This document shows positions 20,101 to 32,509 of a stretch of DNA of 64,000 bases, piece after piece. The DNA is from Octopus sinensis (lineage: Eukaryota): contig NC_043007.1 in assembly GCF_006345805.1 (NCBI RefSeq), positions 44,268,001-44,332,000 of the forward strand. Direction: 5' to 3'. Under the pieces are notes generated by a model. That model was not told where the DNA came from. It ran no database searches and saw only the letters and a list, made by a program, of their open reading frames with translations. Position 1 is the first letter of the stretch. The number at the start of each line of letters is the position of its first letter. The position numbers and the translations under genes were made by a program.

Positions 20101-21659
20101 TGAAAGAAAAACGTCATGTGATGACAGTGAAGGGCACTTGAAACCGAGACAAAATAAAATATGCTAAGGTCTGATCCCATGATGATGTTCGCGTACAAAA
20201 TGACAAGATTGAATAGTGATGTTATCCAACTGTGGAACATGTGTTCCACCATCATCGTGTTCTTATAGCTGTTTCTCAGGTTGCATAGAATCATCATGGT
20301 TCAAATCAACTCATATCTGTAGTTATTGTGCTTTTCTTGATGGGTCACATCTTGCTTGCATGTTTTCTTTGACACGACTTCTATGGCTACATACTCTTCC
20401 TAACATTTTACAGTGTCCAGGGTGCATTTTACCATGGTACAAACAAGATACTAGAGAAGTTGCCATGCCCTCCAATGACAAAAAATTCTGACTATCTTTA
20501 GTTGCTGTATTTTTCCAGGGACATCAAATTCAAAAATTCAGTTCAAATATTTTCTTTCTTAAGTTTAGAATTTCAAATTGATAGACCAAAATCAAAGGAG
20601 AAAAAGATGTGCAATTAAAACCTGAAAGTAAATAGGAATTCACTTTGATTCACATTGTCATTTCAGTTATAATTTTAATTGCTTTTAGATAATGTTTTCA
20701 ATTTCCACCCCACTACACATATAAAACATCTATTAATTTTCAAATGTGTGTGATCTTGAATTACATTTCCTATCATCAACACAGTTTCCTGAAGCTTTGA
20801 TCAAAATTACAGCGTGCCAACGGCTAGGTTAATAGGGAACTGGACAAACAACTAAAATTGTATTTTCTGTTGTTCCTGGCCATAATACTTAACCCTCAAC
20901 ACATGAAAAATAGCTGACATCGTGTTGGAGCCTTTACCTTGTCACTTGATCTCTTAGAAAAAGCAATTTAATTTATCTAAATTGACTGTGCATTCCCTGA
21001 GAAGAATAAATTGAAATAGAAAGAAATTATTGACATGCTCATACGAAACATGTTTCTTTTAATTAATTTTCTTTCATTTTGAAACTGTGGTTAATAAAAA
21101 AGAAGCAATGGCCCCGCCAGGTGTCAAAGAGCTTTATTTCACAATCATGTGATTCCAAGTTTGATACTACATAATCTCATAATCTGGGTGTCTGAAGACT
21201 CATGAGTGAAATTTGTAAATGGAATTTGAGGTAGCCCACCATGTATTTCAGGTGCATGTCAAAATAGTTGGAGCATCAGACAAATACTTTGTGATATTTG
21301 GTTACATTCTGAGTTTAAATCCCTCCTTGGAGGCTTTTACCTTTCTTCCTGCTGAAGTTGCCTAAATTCTTGAAAGGATGTGGTGATGTGGTACCAGCTA
21401 AGACCAGTCCAGTAATCAAAGCCGCTAAAAGAATGTGTGTGTGTGTATACATCCATTGCTGCTAGCTGCTTGTGGACAATTTTCAAGAAATATTCATCAC
21501 AAAATGAATGACATTAAGGAAATAAATTGATTACCAAGAAATATTTATTTGGAAGCTTCAAGAAAGTATGTGCGTTGTACATTAGAGGATATGAATTCAG
21601 GGGAGATCATTCTACTGTAGTTTTTTTTTTTTTGTAAATAACTGGCCAACACACATCCA

Positions 21660-22980
21660 TGTCGGCAGCTTTTCTTCCGTGTTACCTTTTGGTGTTCGTG
21701 ATTTTGATGCGATGAGAACCCATCGCCTACTCGTAACAGCATCGGGAATTTCTCTGATACTGGGAACAGGTTTAGGAGTATGTATAGAGAAAGTGAGACT
21801 GTACAAAAACTTAAACGATGTTCCTTTGCCTATTCCGTCCCTTCAGGCTCGGGAGCTTTCTGTTGTACAACAAAATGCCGGCGTGGCTCCTAGTGCGCCA
21901 ATGCCAGGCAACAGGGTTGCCCAGATAATGAAATTCGGTTTTCCCAGTATGAGCAACCTTCGTTCGTATGGCAATTATGTTTTATCCTACGATCAGAGAA
22001 CACGATGTCCAAATTGGGTATTTGAACATTTGACACCCGAGAGTCTGAAGGAGAAAAACGCCGATAGAAAATCATGTAACTTTGAGGAAGATCCTTCAAT
22101 CCATGCTTACTTTAGGGCGACAGATCGAGATTTCTCTGGGAGTGGTTACGATAGAGGACACATGGCGGCAGCTGCGAATAATCTACAATCATGGAAAAAT
22201 CTTCAAGAAACATTTTATTACAGCAATGTAGCACCACAGGTGAGTGTATTGCAGAACAGACAACGGATACAAAAGCAACTCTGTAAATGTTATTTAATTG
22301 TCTTTACGGTAATTCCTAATAAGTTTTAGATGATACGAACATAAAAATATGTCCTTATATGAGAAACGCTGATTGTTTCAAGTTAAACTCGTTACGCTAA
22401 AACTTGTATCCTTTTCGCCCTTCACGTGTTGAGGGCACTTAGTGTTGACGGTCGCCTTAGAGTTAAGCACTCGATAAATTAAATTTGCGCCCTCAGTTTC
22501 GATTACATTTGTAGCAATTTTAAATTCACTTGAATTATTAATGTTCTTGAACGCTATATCTCAATTCGACCTCTATAAATTTCTTGTATCGTGTCAATGA
22601 ATGAAGTCAATTTTAAAATTTGGCGATATGAAATTGTCTCCCTTGAATTACTATTTGTTTCTCAAATAGATTTTAAATTCTAGAAAAACTCAGATTAAAA
22701 ATAGTGTTTACATAGACGGATACAGCATGCAGATATCGATTAAATATTATACACTGTTAATAATGATAATAGCGTTATTGTATGGCTCCAGGTCACTTTC
22801 GATCCAACAGACTATAATCAAAGATGCTCCATTCGTTATAATCTCGACGCTCAAAATGCAGTATATATATAAAATCAGTGTATCTGTATTTAATATACTC
22901 GCTCCACCTTTTTTTTTTAAGACAAGGTTGCGTATGATTCGATTGATTTTTAACTGCTATTTCTAGTAGATCGAGTAATT
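21660..22980. promoter_or_regulatory. CpG-retaining region over the ENDOG 5' end (probable unmethylated promoter/first exon/5' intron)
   Basis: Manual count gives about 26 CpG in 22321-22980, versus none found in 10981-11700 of a NOP53 intron of similar AT content. Confidence 0.6.
21712..22239 (+). CDS. ENDOG: Endonuclease G, mitochondrial, exon 1
   Basis: First in-frame ATG at 21712, with a presequence-like N-terminus (MRTHRLLVTAS...). Contains YVLSYDQRTRCPNWVFEHL, catalytic GYDRGHMAAAAN and SNVAPQ. Donor gtgagt, phase 0. Confidence 0.95.
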
Positions 22981-23180
22981 TATAAAGCAGAATTTGAGTG
23001 GCTTTGTGGTTAGTAGCATACTTACCAACCACATGGATCCGGGCTCAGTCCCACTGCGTGACACGTTGGGCAAGTGTCTTCTACTATAGCCTCGGGCCGA
23101 CCAAAGCCTTGTGAGTGGATTGGTAGACGGAAACTGAAAGAAATCTGCCTTCTTCAGTTAGGAAAGGATACACTAGACAA

Positions 23181-23477
23181 TGGTGGAGGCGCAATGGCCC
23201 AGTGATTAGGGCGGCGGACTCGCGGTTTCGATTCCCAGACCGGGCGTTGTGTGTGTTTATTGAGCGAAAACAACTACAGTTCCACGAGGCTCCGGCAGGG
23301 GGGGGGGTGACCCCTGTTGTACTCTTCCACCCCAACTTTCTTTCACTCTTTCTTTTTGTTTCTTGAGTAACGCTGCGATGGGCTGGCGTCCCGTCCAGCT
23401 GGGGGGAACACATACGCTACAGAAACCGGGCCCATGAGCCTGGCTAAGCTTGAAAAGGGCGCATAAACATAAAATAA
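23181..23477 (+). mobile_element. tRNA-headed SINE with a Meta-domain-like 3' half
   Basis: 5' half is nearly identical to the 3160-3549 SINE. The 3' half is gctgcgatgggctggcgtcccgtccagctgggggg...gctacagaaaccggg. 11-bp TSD ACACTAGACAA at 23170-23180 and 23478-23488. Confidence 0.8.
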
Positions 23478-24559
23478 ACACTAGACAAAGTAATCATATA
23501 TAGTGCCAAAAGAAAAAAGCAGGGTGGCCACTGCTGGAGTACTTCTGATCATATTTCTGTTTGATTAGAGCTGACCTGGAGCTAAACAACCAATTTATGA
23601 GACAGTGACAGTCTATGCTGTTGTTTGATTTGCTAGAAATAGCAGCCACGTCTCCCTCAAATCACATATGATGGTGTAAAAAAGGGGATAGACATAAGCA
23701 CCTTTGTTCATAAGTCTAATCATTGAGGTCTTACTATTTGCAGGATATTTAAAAGTTAAGTGAGTCATTAAGGAGATTAGAAATCTATAGTTAATCTTAA
23801 GATGAAGGCAGCCATAAATGACTGAATCAGTCATTGTTCTCACCTAGTGGTTCATTATATTGTGTTGAAGACCAAAACGTTCATAACCCCATAAGTTATT
23901 GCCAAATGGATACAGCATTGTTGAATGGTTAAGAAGTTCGTTTTGCAATCATGAGGTCCTGAGTTCAGTCCCACTGTGTGGCATCTTGAGCAAGTATCTT
24001 TACTATAGCCTCAGCTGAACCCAAGCTTTGTGAGTGAAACTGGGTTGATAGAAACTGTGTCAGATGGATTGTATCTACAATACAAAACGTACATCTTTGT
24101 CACACACACTACCATGTTGTTCCTGTTTGAAAATCCTGTTAAGGGTATAAGCATGTGTGGAATACTCAGCCATTTTTATGTGAATTCATTGAGCAGGTAG
24201 TTTACTTGAGTGAGCAACTGAACAGTGTTGAAATGCTGGCGATCCCTTTACAAGTACTACACGGTGATGCACTTCACCGTGTAGTAAAGTACCATATAGG
24301 AACACACTTTATATGTGATTCTTATAAATGGATCTCCATTCCCATCAATGTGAAACTGATGAATATTTATTGTTGGTTTCTAAAGCTAAGTTCAATTTGT
24401 CCTCCTGTGGGTGGGGAGAGAAACTGCAATGTGATAAATCGGTTCCTTGCAGAGAGGAAACATTACATCATGCCCACTTAACATTACAGGAAATGGAGAG
24501 GTTCTCAGTTCTCTAGATTTTGGGGATTAGCATAGGACTGACTTAATTAACCAAATGTA

Positions 24560-24800
24560 AACCAGCTGGCAGGTTGGCTTCCTGTTCTTGTATGATGCGG
24601 CTGCAGTCATTCCAAATTAGTGGTCCCAGAGGCATCATCATGCATAGAGCTGACCAGATCCACCAGTGCTCTCCATTGCTTCTGGGCCCGTGCCAGCCCT
24701 ACTGCATCCTCTAAGGTGACATTGAACCTCTGGAGGTCTTCCTTAATCATGTCCAGCCATTGGGAATAGGGCCTACACAAGGCTTCTTCCAGTCCACAGC
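24560..24800 (-). mobile_element. 3' end fragment of an RTE-type LINE
   Basis: - strand translation RPYSQWLDMIKEDLQRFNVTLEDAVGLARAQKQWRALVDLV matches the RTE C-terminal RP..W.D.I..DL....WR pattern. Confidence 0.65.
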
Positions 24801-25619
24801 TACATTTAACAAATTTTAAAAGTTAAGCCAGCAACTGTGATTTGAAAAGAAAAAAAATCAATTATCAAGGGGTGGATGAGCCAAGTTTTTAAATTTGAAA
24901 GGATCAACTTATAGTTGTGAAATTTGAACTCCTAACCATGTGGCCTGTAGTCCAGTGCCTTAGCATCAGTGCTAGTGCTGGATAGTAGACTTAGTCTTTT
25001 GGCCAATTTAATGCCACCATCTGGCCTTTTGGCCACTTTTAGCAGAATACATCTGTTGTGAGTTTTTGAGTCAAGTCTTTGGTTGGAGGGTAATATACTC
25101 TCCACTTTCCATCAGTCTGAGAAGCCTTGCAATAAAACCATCTCATTATTGTTCCTCTTCTAACACAGCCATATAGATAAATAAATAAATAAATGGATCT
25201 CCAGTTACATCATTGTGGTGTGGTAAGAAGCTTGCTTCCCAGTCTCATGGTTCTGGGTTCAGTCCCACATGTGACACCTTGGATAAGTGTCTTCTACTAC
25301 AGCCTTGAGTCCACCAAAGACTTGTGAGTGGATTTGGTGGACAGAAACTGAAAGAAGCCCATTGTGTGTGTGTGTGTGTGTGTGTGGTCACCACTTGACA
25401 ACCAGTGCTGGTGTGTTTATGTCCCTATAATTTAGTAGTTCAGCAAAAGAGACCAATAGAATAAGTACCAGGCTTTAAAAAAAGTACTGGGGTCAATTCG
25501 TTCAACTAAAATTTCTTCAAAGCAGTGCTCCATCATGGCCACAGTCTAATGACTGAAAGAAGTAAAAGTAAAATAAAAATGAAATAAATAAATGTTGCTA
25601 AAAATCATAAAATTGTTTT

Positions 25620-25925
25620 GTAATAATGAAATTATTGTATACAGTGCTCAGGTGCACCACAACTTGTCAGAAAGTGCGTATAAAATATATGCAGTAATAT
25701 ACAAATGTCTGGAAAGCGAATAATGTATGAGTCAGATACATGCTTGTGTGTGTATGGAGGGGAGAAAATCAGGTGTAGTGTTGGCGAATCTCAGAAAGCA
25801 TGGAAGTTTTGAAGGATGCAGTGCTCCGACAACTAACAACTGATGCCAGCAGCTTGTTCCATGCTTCAGCAACTCTCAGCGTGAAAAAATGTTTCCTAAA
25901 GTCATGGGAGCTGTGCTGTTTTGTG
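25620..25925 (-). mobile_element. 5'-truncated CR1/L2-group LINE (second family)
   Basis: Near-identical to the 3' part of 28527-29170, with an (ATT)n tail. 8-bp TSD ATTGTTTT at 25612-25619 and 25926-25933. Confidence 0.85.
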
Positions 25926-26016
25926 ATTGTTTTATTTCATTCAGTGTTTTTTTATAGACTTATTTCATTCAGTGATTTTTTTAATGTTATTTTTTTAATG
26001 TTTTTGTTTTGCACAG

Positions 26017-26129
26017 GTTGGTGAAGGATTTAACCGAGGTATTTGGAATAAATTAGAAAAATATGTTCGTTCAGTTGCCAGGAAAAGCAAGAATGTCTAT
26101 GTCTGTACTGGACCTCTTTATTTACCAAG
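26017..26129 (+). CDS. ENDOG: ENDOG exon 2
   Basis: ttttgcacag|...|gttaga, 113 nt, phase 0/2. Encodes VGEGFNRGIWNKLEKYVRSVARKSKNVYVCTGPLYLP(R). Confidence 0.95.
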
Positions 26130-26364
26130 GTTAGATTTATATTATTTGCAATGCTGAGAGGCAGTGGACTGGCAGAGTCATGAGAGCATCAGATCAAATA
26201 CTTTTGCATTTAGTCATAACATTTATATCCATTGTTCAAATCACACCAGGGCCAACTTTACATTTCATCCATCTGGGGTCAGTGAAATAAACTACCAGTT
26301 AAGTACTGAGGCTTATTTAATCATCAGTTTAATCAAGACCTTGTACCTATGTGTGAAACAATTG

Positions 26365-27170
26365 TCATCATTTAATGTCCATTTTCCATGCTGGCATGGG
26401 TTAAATGATTTGACAGCAGATGGTAAGCCAGAAAGCTGTACCAGGCTCTGATCTGTTTTGGCTAGGTTTCTATGGCTGGATGCCCTTCCTAATACCAACC
26501 ATTCCACAGAGCGTACTGGGTGCCTTTTGCATGACACCAGCTCTGGCCACAACTATGATTTCATTAAGTTTGACATGTCTTCTCAAGCACTGCAATTTGC
26601 CAGAAGTCCTGGTTGCTTGTCATCGTCTCAGTGAGACTCAACATCCAAAGATCATATTTCACCACCTCATCCCATGTCTTCCTGGGTCTACCTCTTCAAC
26701 AAGTTCCCTTCACAATTAGAGATCGGCACTTTATGCAACTATCCTCATCCTTACACATCACATGATCATACCTGTGCAGTCTTCTCTCCTGCATACTACA
26801 TCTGATGCCTCTTATACTCAATTTTTCTCTTAAGACACTGTTGTACATGCACACTGACACTGCACATTCTTATTGCTAACTACTCCATGGAGTATACTGG
26901 GTGCTTTTTATGTATCAGTGGCACAGGTGTCATTCATGTGTCACTGACACTGGCCACAACCATGACTTCACTTAGCTTGATGTGTCTTCTCAAGCTCAGC
27001 AATTTGCCAGTAGTCCCAGTCACTTGTCATCACTTCTGTGTGACTCATCATCTAAAGATCACATTTCACCACCTTGTCCCACAGGTTCCTTCCATACTTA
27101 GAGATCAGCACCTCTTTATGCAGCTGTCCTCGTCCATATGCATCACATGACCATACTAATGCAGTCTTCT
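26365..27170 (-). mobile_element. Two tandem decayed RTE 3' ends with attached 3' UTR
   Basis: Reverse complement of the 36300-36520 RTE end (cccatgtcttcctgggtctacctctt...) occurs twice, at about 26545-26870 and 26955-27170. Confidence 0.75.
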
Positions 27171-28526
27171 CTCCTGCATAACCTACAGTTAATTATATTA
27201 TGAGACTGACAAACTGCCTGCATTGAAACCGTGTTGAGAAAAAGTCTTGGCTGCTACCTCTTACTTGCAAGGCATTATTTAGACATCAATTCTATTTAAT
27301 AAAAACTGATATAATATTTGTTTGTTGGTGTGTTGGTTGGTTGCTTTCTCCAGTTATGCTTTACATTGTACTGAGAGAAAGAGAGAGAGAGAGTAGAAGA
27401 GAAATACAGGGAGAGTTAAATATGAGGTGGAAGATGAGTACACTACTAGGCTTGGTGTCAAGAGGAGAGGTAGTATGTGACAAAGTAGTTATGGGAAACG
27501 TTATACAAGTGATAAATTTGTTTCATTTAATTTTATTTTAAGTAAATGTTGAAGGTGATGATGAAGACCAAAATAAGCATTGTTTCTAACACAGGCACAA
27601 GACCAAGCATTTGGGGAGTGAGAAATAGTTGACGATAATCGTTCCTAATACTAGGTTTGGTACTTTATCTTATTGACCCTGAGTAGATGAAAGGCAAAAT
27701 TGGCCTCACTGTGATTTGAACTCAGAATGTAAAGTGCCAGAATAAATACTGCAAAGCTCTAAAAATGATTCTGCCAGTGCACTGGTCTTTCATGCTTTTT
27801 TTTTAGTCTGTCATCAGACTATATCAATTTATCCATCACTAAACTGATATATTCCCTCTTATAATTTTTTAGCAATACTTTGTCAACCAGTAACTGACTG
27901 TCTTGTATAACAGTCATTTTGATCATCACGTAGTATTTGCTCTTTCTCCAAGAAAGCATACATAGATTTTTGCAATCATTCTGGTTAGTAATTTCTACAT
28001 AAGTCAAAACTATGATACTGGACAGAAATTATCAACACTGTTTCCTGTTACTGCATCTTTTAAGCACAGAATAGTTTTCCTGTGTTTCATCCATGACAAT
28101 ATCAGTTCATTGCTATTATGCAAAAGTGTCATAAGTTCAAAATGTTGCTTTTTCAGAAAATGAAGAAATAGTTTTACCATTCCATTTCTTTTTACATTAT
28201 CAAAAGTTTCAACTTAACAATAATACTTTGCTGGGTGCATAAAATCATAGCTCTACATTATGTATGATATTTTCATTCAGAAATATTTTTGCAAAACTGT
28301 TGTATGTGGAACTTACACTTTTGAAAACTGCTAAACCGTTGTATAATTTTCATATTTTGGCATCTGAAGCAGCTGGAGAGATGATAGTTTAACCAAAACA
28401 ATTGACTATTTCAACCAAAGTTAGATATTGAAAAAAATGCATTTGGCCAAATTTGGACATACAACAGTTTAACATAATAGCAACAAATTATTTTATCATC
28501 TAAGATGCTATCTATAATATAATATA

Positions 28527-29170
28527 TAATAATGAAATTATTGTATACAGTGCTCAGGTGCACCACAACTTGTCAGGGTATATGCAGTAATGTACAAATG
28601 TCTGGAAAGCGAACAATGCATGAGTCAGATACATGCTTGTGTGTGTATGGAGGGGAGAAAATCAGGTGTAGTGTTGGCGAATCTCAGAAGGCATGGAAGT
28701 TTTGAAGGATGCAGTGCTCCGACAACTAACAACTGATGCCAGCAGTTTGTTCCATGCTTCAGCAACTCTCAGCATGAAAAAATGTTTCCTGAAGTCATGG
28801 GAGCTGTGCTGTTTTCTGACTTTGTAAATATGTCCACGGGTGTTAGATGGGTGGAGTTTGAAAAGGTGCTCAGAGTTATTGTTTGTACGATGGTTGATAA
28901 TTTTATGGGTGTCTGCCAAGTCAGCTGCCAGACGTTAGAGTTTCAATGTGTCCATGCCCAGGGATGTAAGGCATTCAGGATATGGCAAATGCCTGATGGA
29001 GGGTATTCTTTTGGTTGCACGTCGCTGAACGGCTTCCAGATGATTGATATCCTGGGCAAGATAGGGGTTCTAATTGTAGGTCAGTCTCTTTCTTGAAAAG
29101 AGCTCAATTTCTTTAACCAGTAATCTTGAACATTTCCAGGTCCCACTGTTTTCCATTTGGTACAAGCATG
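28527..29170 (-). mobile_element. 5'-truncated CR1/L2-group LINE, decayed
   Basis: ORF-track peptide ...NTRGHIYKVRKQ...FRKHFFMLRVAEAWNKL...FK is a typical CR1/L2 C-terminus. A 3' UTR piece also occurs at about 36935-36995(+). Confidence 0.85.
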
Positions 29171-29324
29171 GCTGTGTGTTTAAGAAGTTTGTTTTTCGGG
29201 TATATGGTTGCAGCTTCAGTCTCATAATGCAGCTCCTTGGGCAAGTGTCTTCTTTTATAGCCCTAGATGATCAAAGCCTTGTAAGTGGATTTTGTAGATG
29301 GAAACCAAAAGAAGACTGTTGTGA

Positions 29325-29355
<31 letters not shown>

Positions 29356-29752
29356 CGTGCGTGTGTGTGCACACATGTGTCTGTATTTGTGTGTGTGTGT
29401 GTATGAGCTTGTACATTTTTGTCTTCTTGTCTTGACATTGTGCATTAGTTATAAATGAGTATCATCATCATAAATGTGGTTCTTTGTATACTCTTTAGTG
29501 TATCACAAAGTTCCATAATATTTTCACATTGTCATTATCTAAGGCAATTAAAGTTTCAAATTAATACTAGTGAGGTTTTTCTCAAACAGACTAAAATTAG
29601 ACTAGACATAAGTAAATCAGTTTTAGTATGTTATTAGATTTCCAAATATATTTTGTAAGAGCTCGGGTAGGTTTCCTTGATACAATGTGATGTATTATAT
29701 CAGAAAATACACCACACAGGCAACATTTGTTATCTATATTACATGAAGTAGA

Positions 29753-30075
29753 GTGAAGGAACATGGTCTAGTGGTTAGGATATTCAGCTCACAATCATAA
29801 GATTGTGAGTTTGATACCTGACGGCCTGTTGTGTCCTTGAGCAAGACACTTTTATTTCATGTTGCTCCAGTCCACTCATCAGGCAAAAATGAGTAATACC
29901 TGTATTTCACAGAGCCATCCTTGTCACACTCTGTGTCATGGTGAATCTCCCTGGGAACTACATTAAGAGTATGCGTGTCTATGTAAAGCTCAGCCACTTG
30001 CACATTAATTTCGCGAGCAGGCTTCCATTAAACAGATCAACTGGAACCCTTGTTGTTGTACTGATGGAGTACCAT
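29753..30075 (+). mobile_element. tRNA-headed SINE: head like 10342, tail like 3160-3549
   Basis: gtgaagg..catgg..tagtggtta...ttgtgtccttgagcaagacactt...aaaaatgagta is joined to tacctgtatttc...ccttgtcacactctgtgtca...gcgagcaggc...caactggaaccc. Confidence 0.75.
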
Positions 30076-30464
30076 AAAGCAGAGTTGTATGAAGTAGAGA
30101 TATTCCTTCATCAAACCAAGTGAAACTGTAGTCATGGCCATAGCCAGTATCATATAAATGGCACCTATGAAATTGTAGTTGTGGCTGTTACTGGTGACAT
30201 GTAAATGGTACATTAAAAGTGCTGATTACACTCTTGGAGTGGTTGGCATTATGAAAAGCATCAAACTATAGAAACCATGCCTAATCAGATTGCAACCTGG
30301 TGCAGTTCCAGTCAAACTGTCTAACCCATGCTAGCATGGAAAGCAGACGTTAAATGATGATGATGATGATGATGGTCATCTCCTGTATGATGAATTTTAT
30401 TACTTTTTTGTCCCGTTCACACTGGATTGCTTTTTCACAAGTCAGACAGTTTTATTCATTTATA

Positions 30465-31791
30465 ATAGGTCATCCCATAAATAATGTATTTTTTTCAATT
30501 GTATGAACTAATAATCAGAGGGGTACAGGATAAACTACCTGCATCAACTTGCTATAAAAGTAGGTAGTAATTTTACCTTGTCCTTATTCTTAGTGCAAGT
30601 TTTGAAGAGTGCAATTCGATTTTAAGTTATTTTTTTAAAGCTATAATGGAAGTGACAAAGGAACATATTTGGCATATTTTGCTTTATGAGTCCAACCCAT
30701 GCTAGCATGGAAAACGGACGCTAAACGATGATGATGATGATGATGATGAGTTCAATAAAAGCAACAACGGAATGCAAAGTGTGAGGAATATTAATGCAGT
30801 ATATGGGGACAATAAGCATAAGCTGGTGTCAACAGTGGTTCCAGAAATTCTGAGCAGGAATCTACAGCCTAGAAGACAAGCCATGTCCTGGATGATCTGT
30901 AGAGCTCAACGAGGACATCCTGCAAACCTTGGTGGAACAAAATCCCATTGTAACTATTGAGGAACTAGCAGAGAAGCTTGGATTTGCCCATTCAGTCATT
31001 CATCGACATGTGCATGCCATCAGAAAAGTCAGAAAATTGGGTCAATGGGTTCTTCGCAAACTTTCCGAGTCTAATTGCGTGCAGAGAGTGAATGTATGCT
31101 CTTCTTTGTTGTCATGTCTCATGTATGGACTATTTTTGGACTGAATAGTGACTGGTGATGAGAAATGGGTTCTCTATAAAAATGTCAAGCACCAAAGACA
31201 GTGGGTAGGGAAAGGAGAAGCACCGGCAACCCAGGTTAAAGAAGGTTTTCACCGATGTAAAGTGTTGCTATCTGATTGGTGAGATATGAAAGGTTTAGTT
31301 CACTTTGAACTTTTAAACCCAAACCAAACAATAACAAAAGAGATCTACTGTGAGCAGCTTGAGTGGCTTACATCAACATTAGAAGAAAAACGACCGTTCA
31401 AGACAAAAGGTGTTTCTCCATCAGGATAATGCTTGGCCACATACAGCAAGGATGACATTCCAAAGGCTGGAGCAGTTTGAATGGGAAATGATGCCCCACC
31501 CACCATATTCACTAGACATTGCCCCATCTGATTATCATTTATTCCGAAGTCTTCAAAATCATTTGGAAAAAATATGAATTCTGTAGATGAGGTCAGAACA
31601 ATAATGGAGGAGTATTTTTCGTCATGGACAAGTGAATTTTGGTAGTGAGGCTTTGCAAATCTACCAGATAGATGGAAGAGCATTGTAGAAAATGAAGGAG
31701 AGTATATTTTAGATTAAAAAAGAACTTTGTTTATCTTAATTTTGAAAAATAAAACAAGTATAAAAACTGCATTATTTATGGGACGATCCAA
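30465..31791 (+). mobile_element. Decayed mariner (DD34D) transposon, full length
   Basis: TA TSDs (30463-30464, 31792-31793) and TIRs a.aggtcatcccataaataatg / cattatttatgggacgatccaa. Transposase motifs WVLRKL (WVPHEL-like), IVTGDEKW, HQDNA and YSLDIAPSDYHLF occur with many stops and frameshifts. Confidence 0.92.
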
Positions 31792-31983
31792 TATTTGGAG
31801 CATCCAGTTCAAAGAAATATTAACCACTATGGTTGAATTATGCCTCAATAGTATGTTTTTGATTTAGGTTTAGACTTTAGCTGTTGTTTGAAATCTAATC
31901 CAGTTTCATCATCATTATCATTATCATCTTTGTTTTATAGTCTACTTTTCCATTCTTGTATGGATGAAACAAGAATCCATTAA

Positions 31984-32203
31984 CCCTTTAGCATTTAAAC
32001 CGGCCATATCTGGCCAAAATATTCTACTGTTCCAACTGGCCAGATCTGATTTCTCACACCTACCCTACAATGTCATTCTATAAAATTAACAGTTCCTCAT
32101 CAAAATCTCATAACTACAAAAAAAAAATGCATGATTAATTCAAAGCAATGTGAATAAATTAAATAAGCATTACTTTTGACAGAATGATGTGAATGCTGAA
32201 GGG
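31984..32203. mobile_element. piggyBac-type MITE, copy 3
   Basis: TTAA|CCCTTTAGCATT...AATGCTGAAGGG|TTAA. Confidence 0.88.
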
Positions 32204-32509
32204 TTAAGGCAGAGTTTCTATGATTGGATGTCCTTCCTCCTGTTGCCAATCCCCTTATGTTTTCAAATGGGATAATAATCTCCCTGCTATTGAACAACAG
32301 ACTTCTCAGATATGCTTTTATAGTGGACTACAAGCAAATAATATCATCAGAAAGCATAATTTACAAACCATTGAAGGCAAGGGAAATATGAACTCTCAAA
32401 CAACACACATGCTCACACACATAACTTTGGATATGCATACGCACGCTTCCCCCCTCCCCTAGCATGCACGCGCACACGCGTGTGTGTATTGGTATAGTTA
32501 TATACTTTG

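Noticed and set aside
20050-20500. Cys/His-rich - strand frame faintly resembling an LTR gag zinc knuckle
   Set aside because: Spacing does not fit CX2CX4HX4C, there are multiple stops, and no LTRs or pol motifs are present.
21679-22329. 216-aa ORF-track call for ENDOG with GTG start and read-through tail
   Set aside because: The first ATG is at 21712. Residues after SNVAPQ come from intron 1 (donor gtgagt at 22240), and the real continuation is at 26017.
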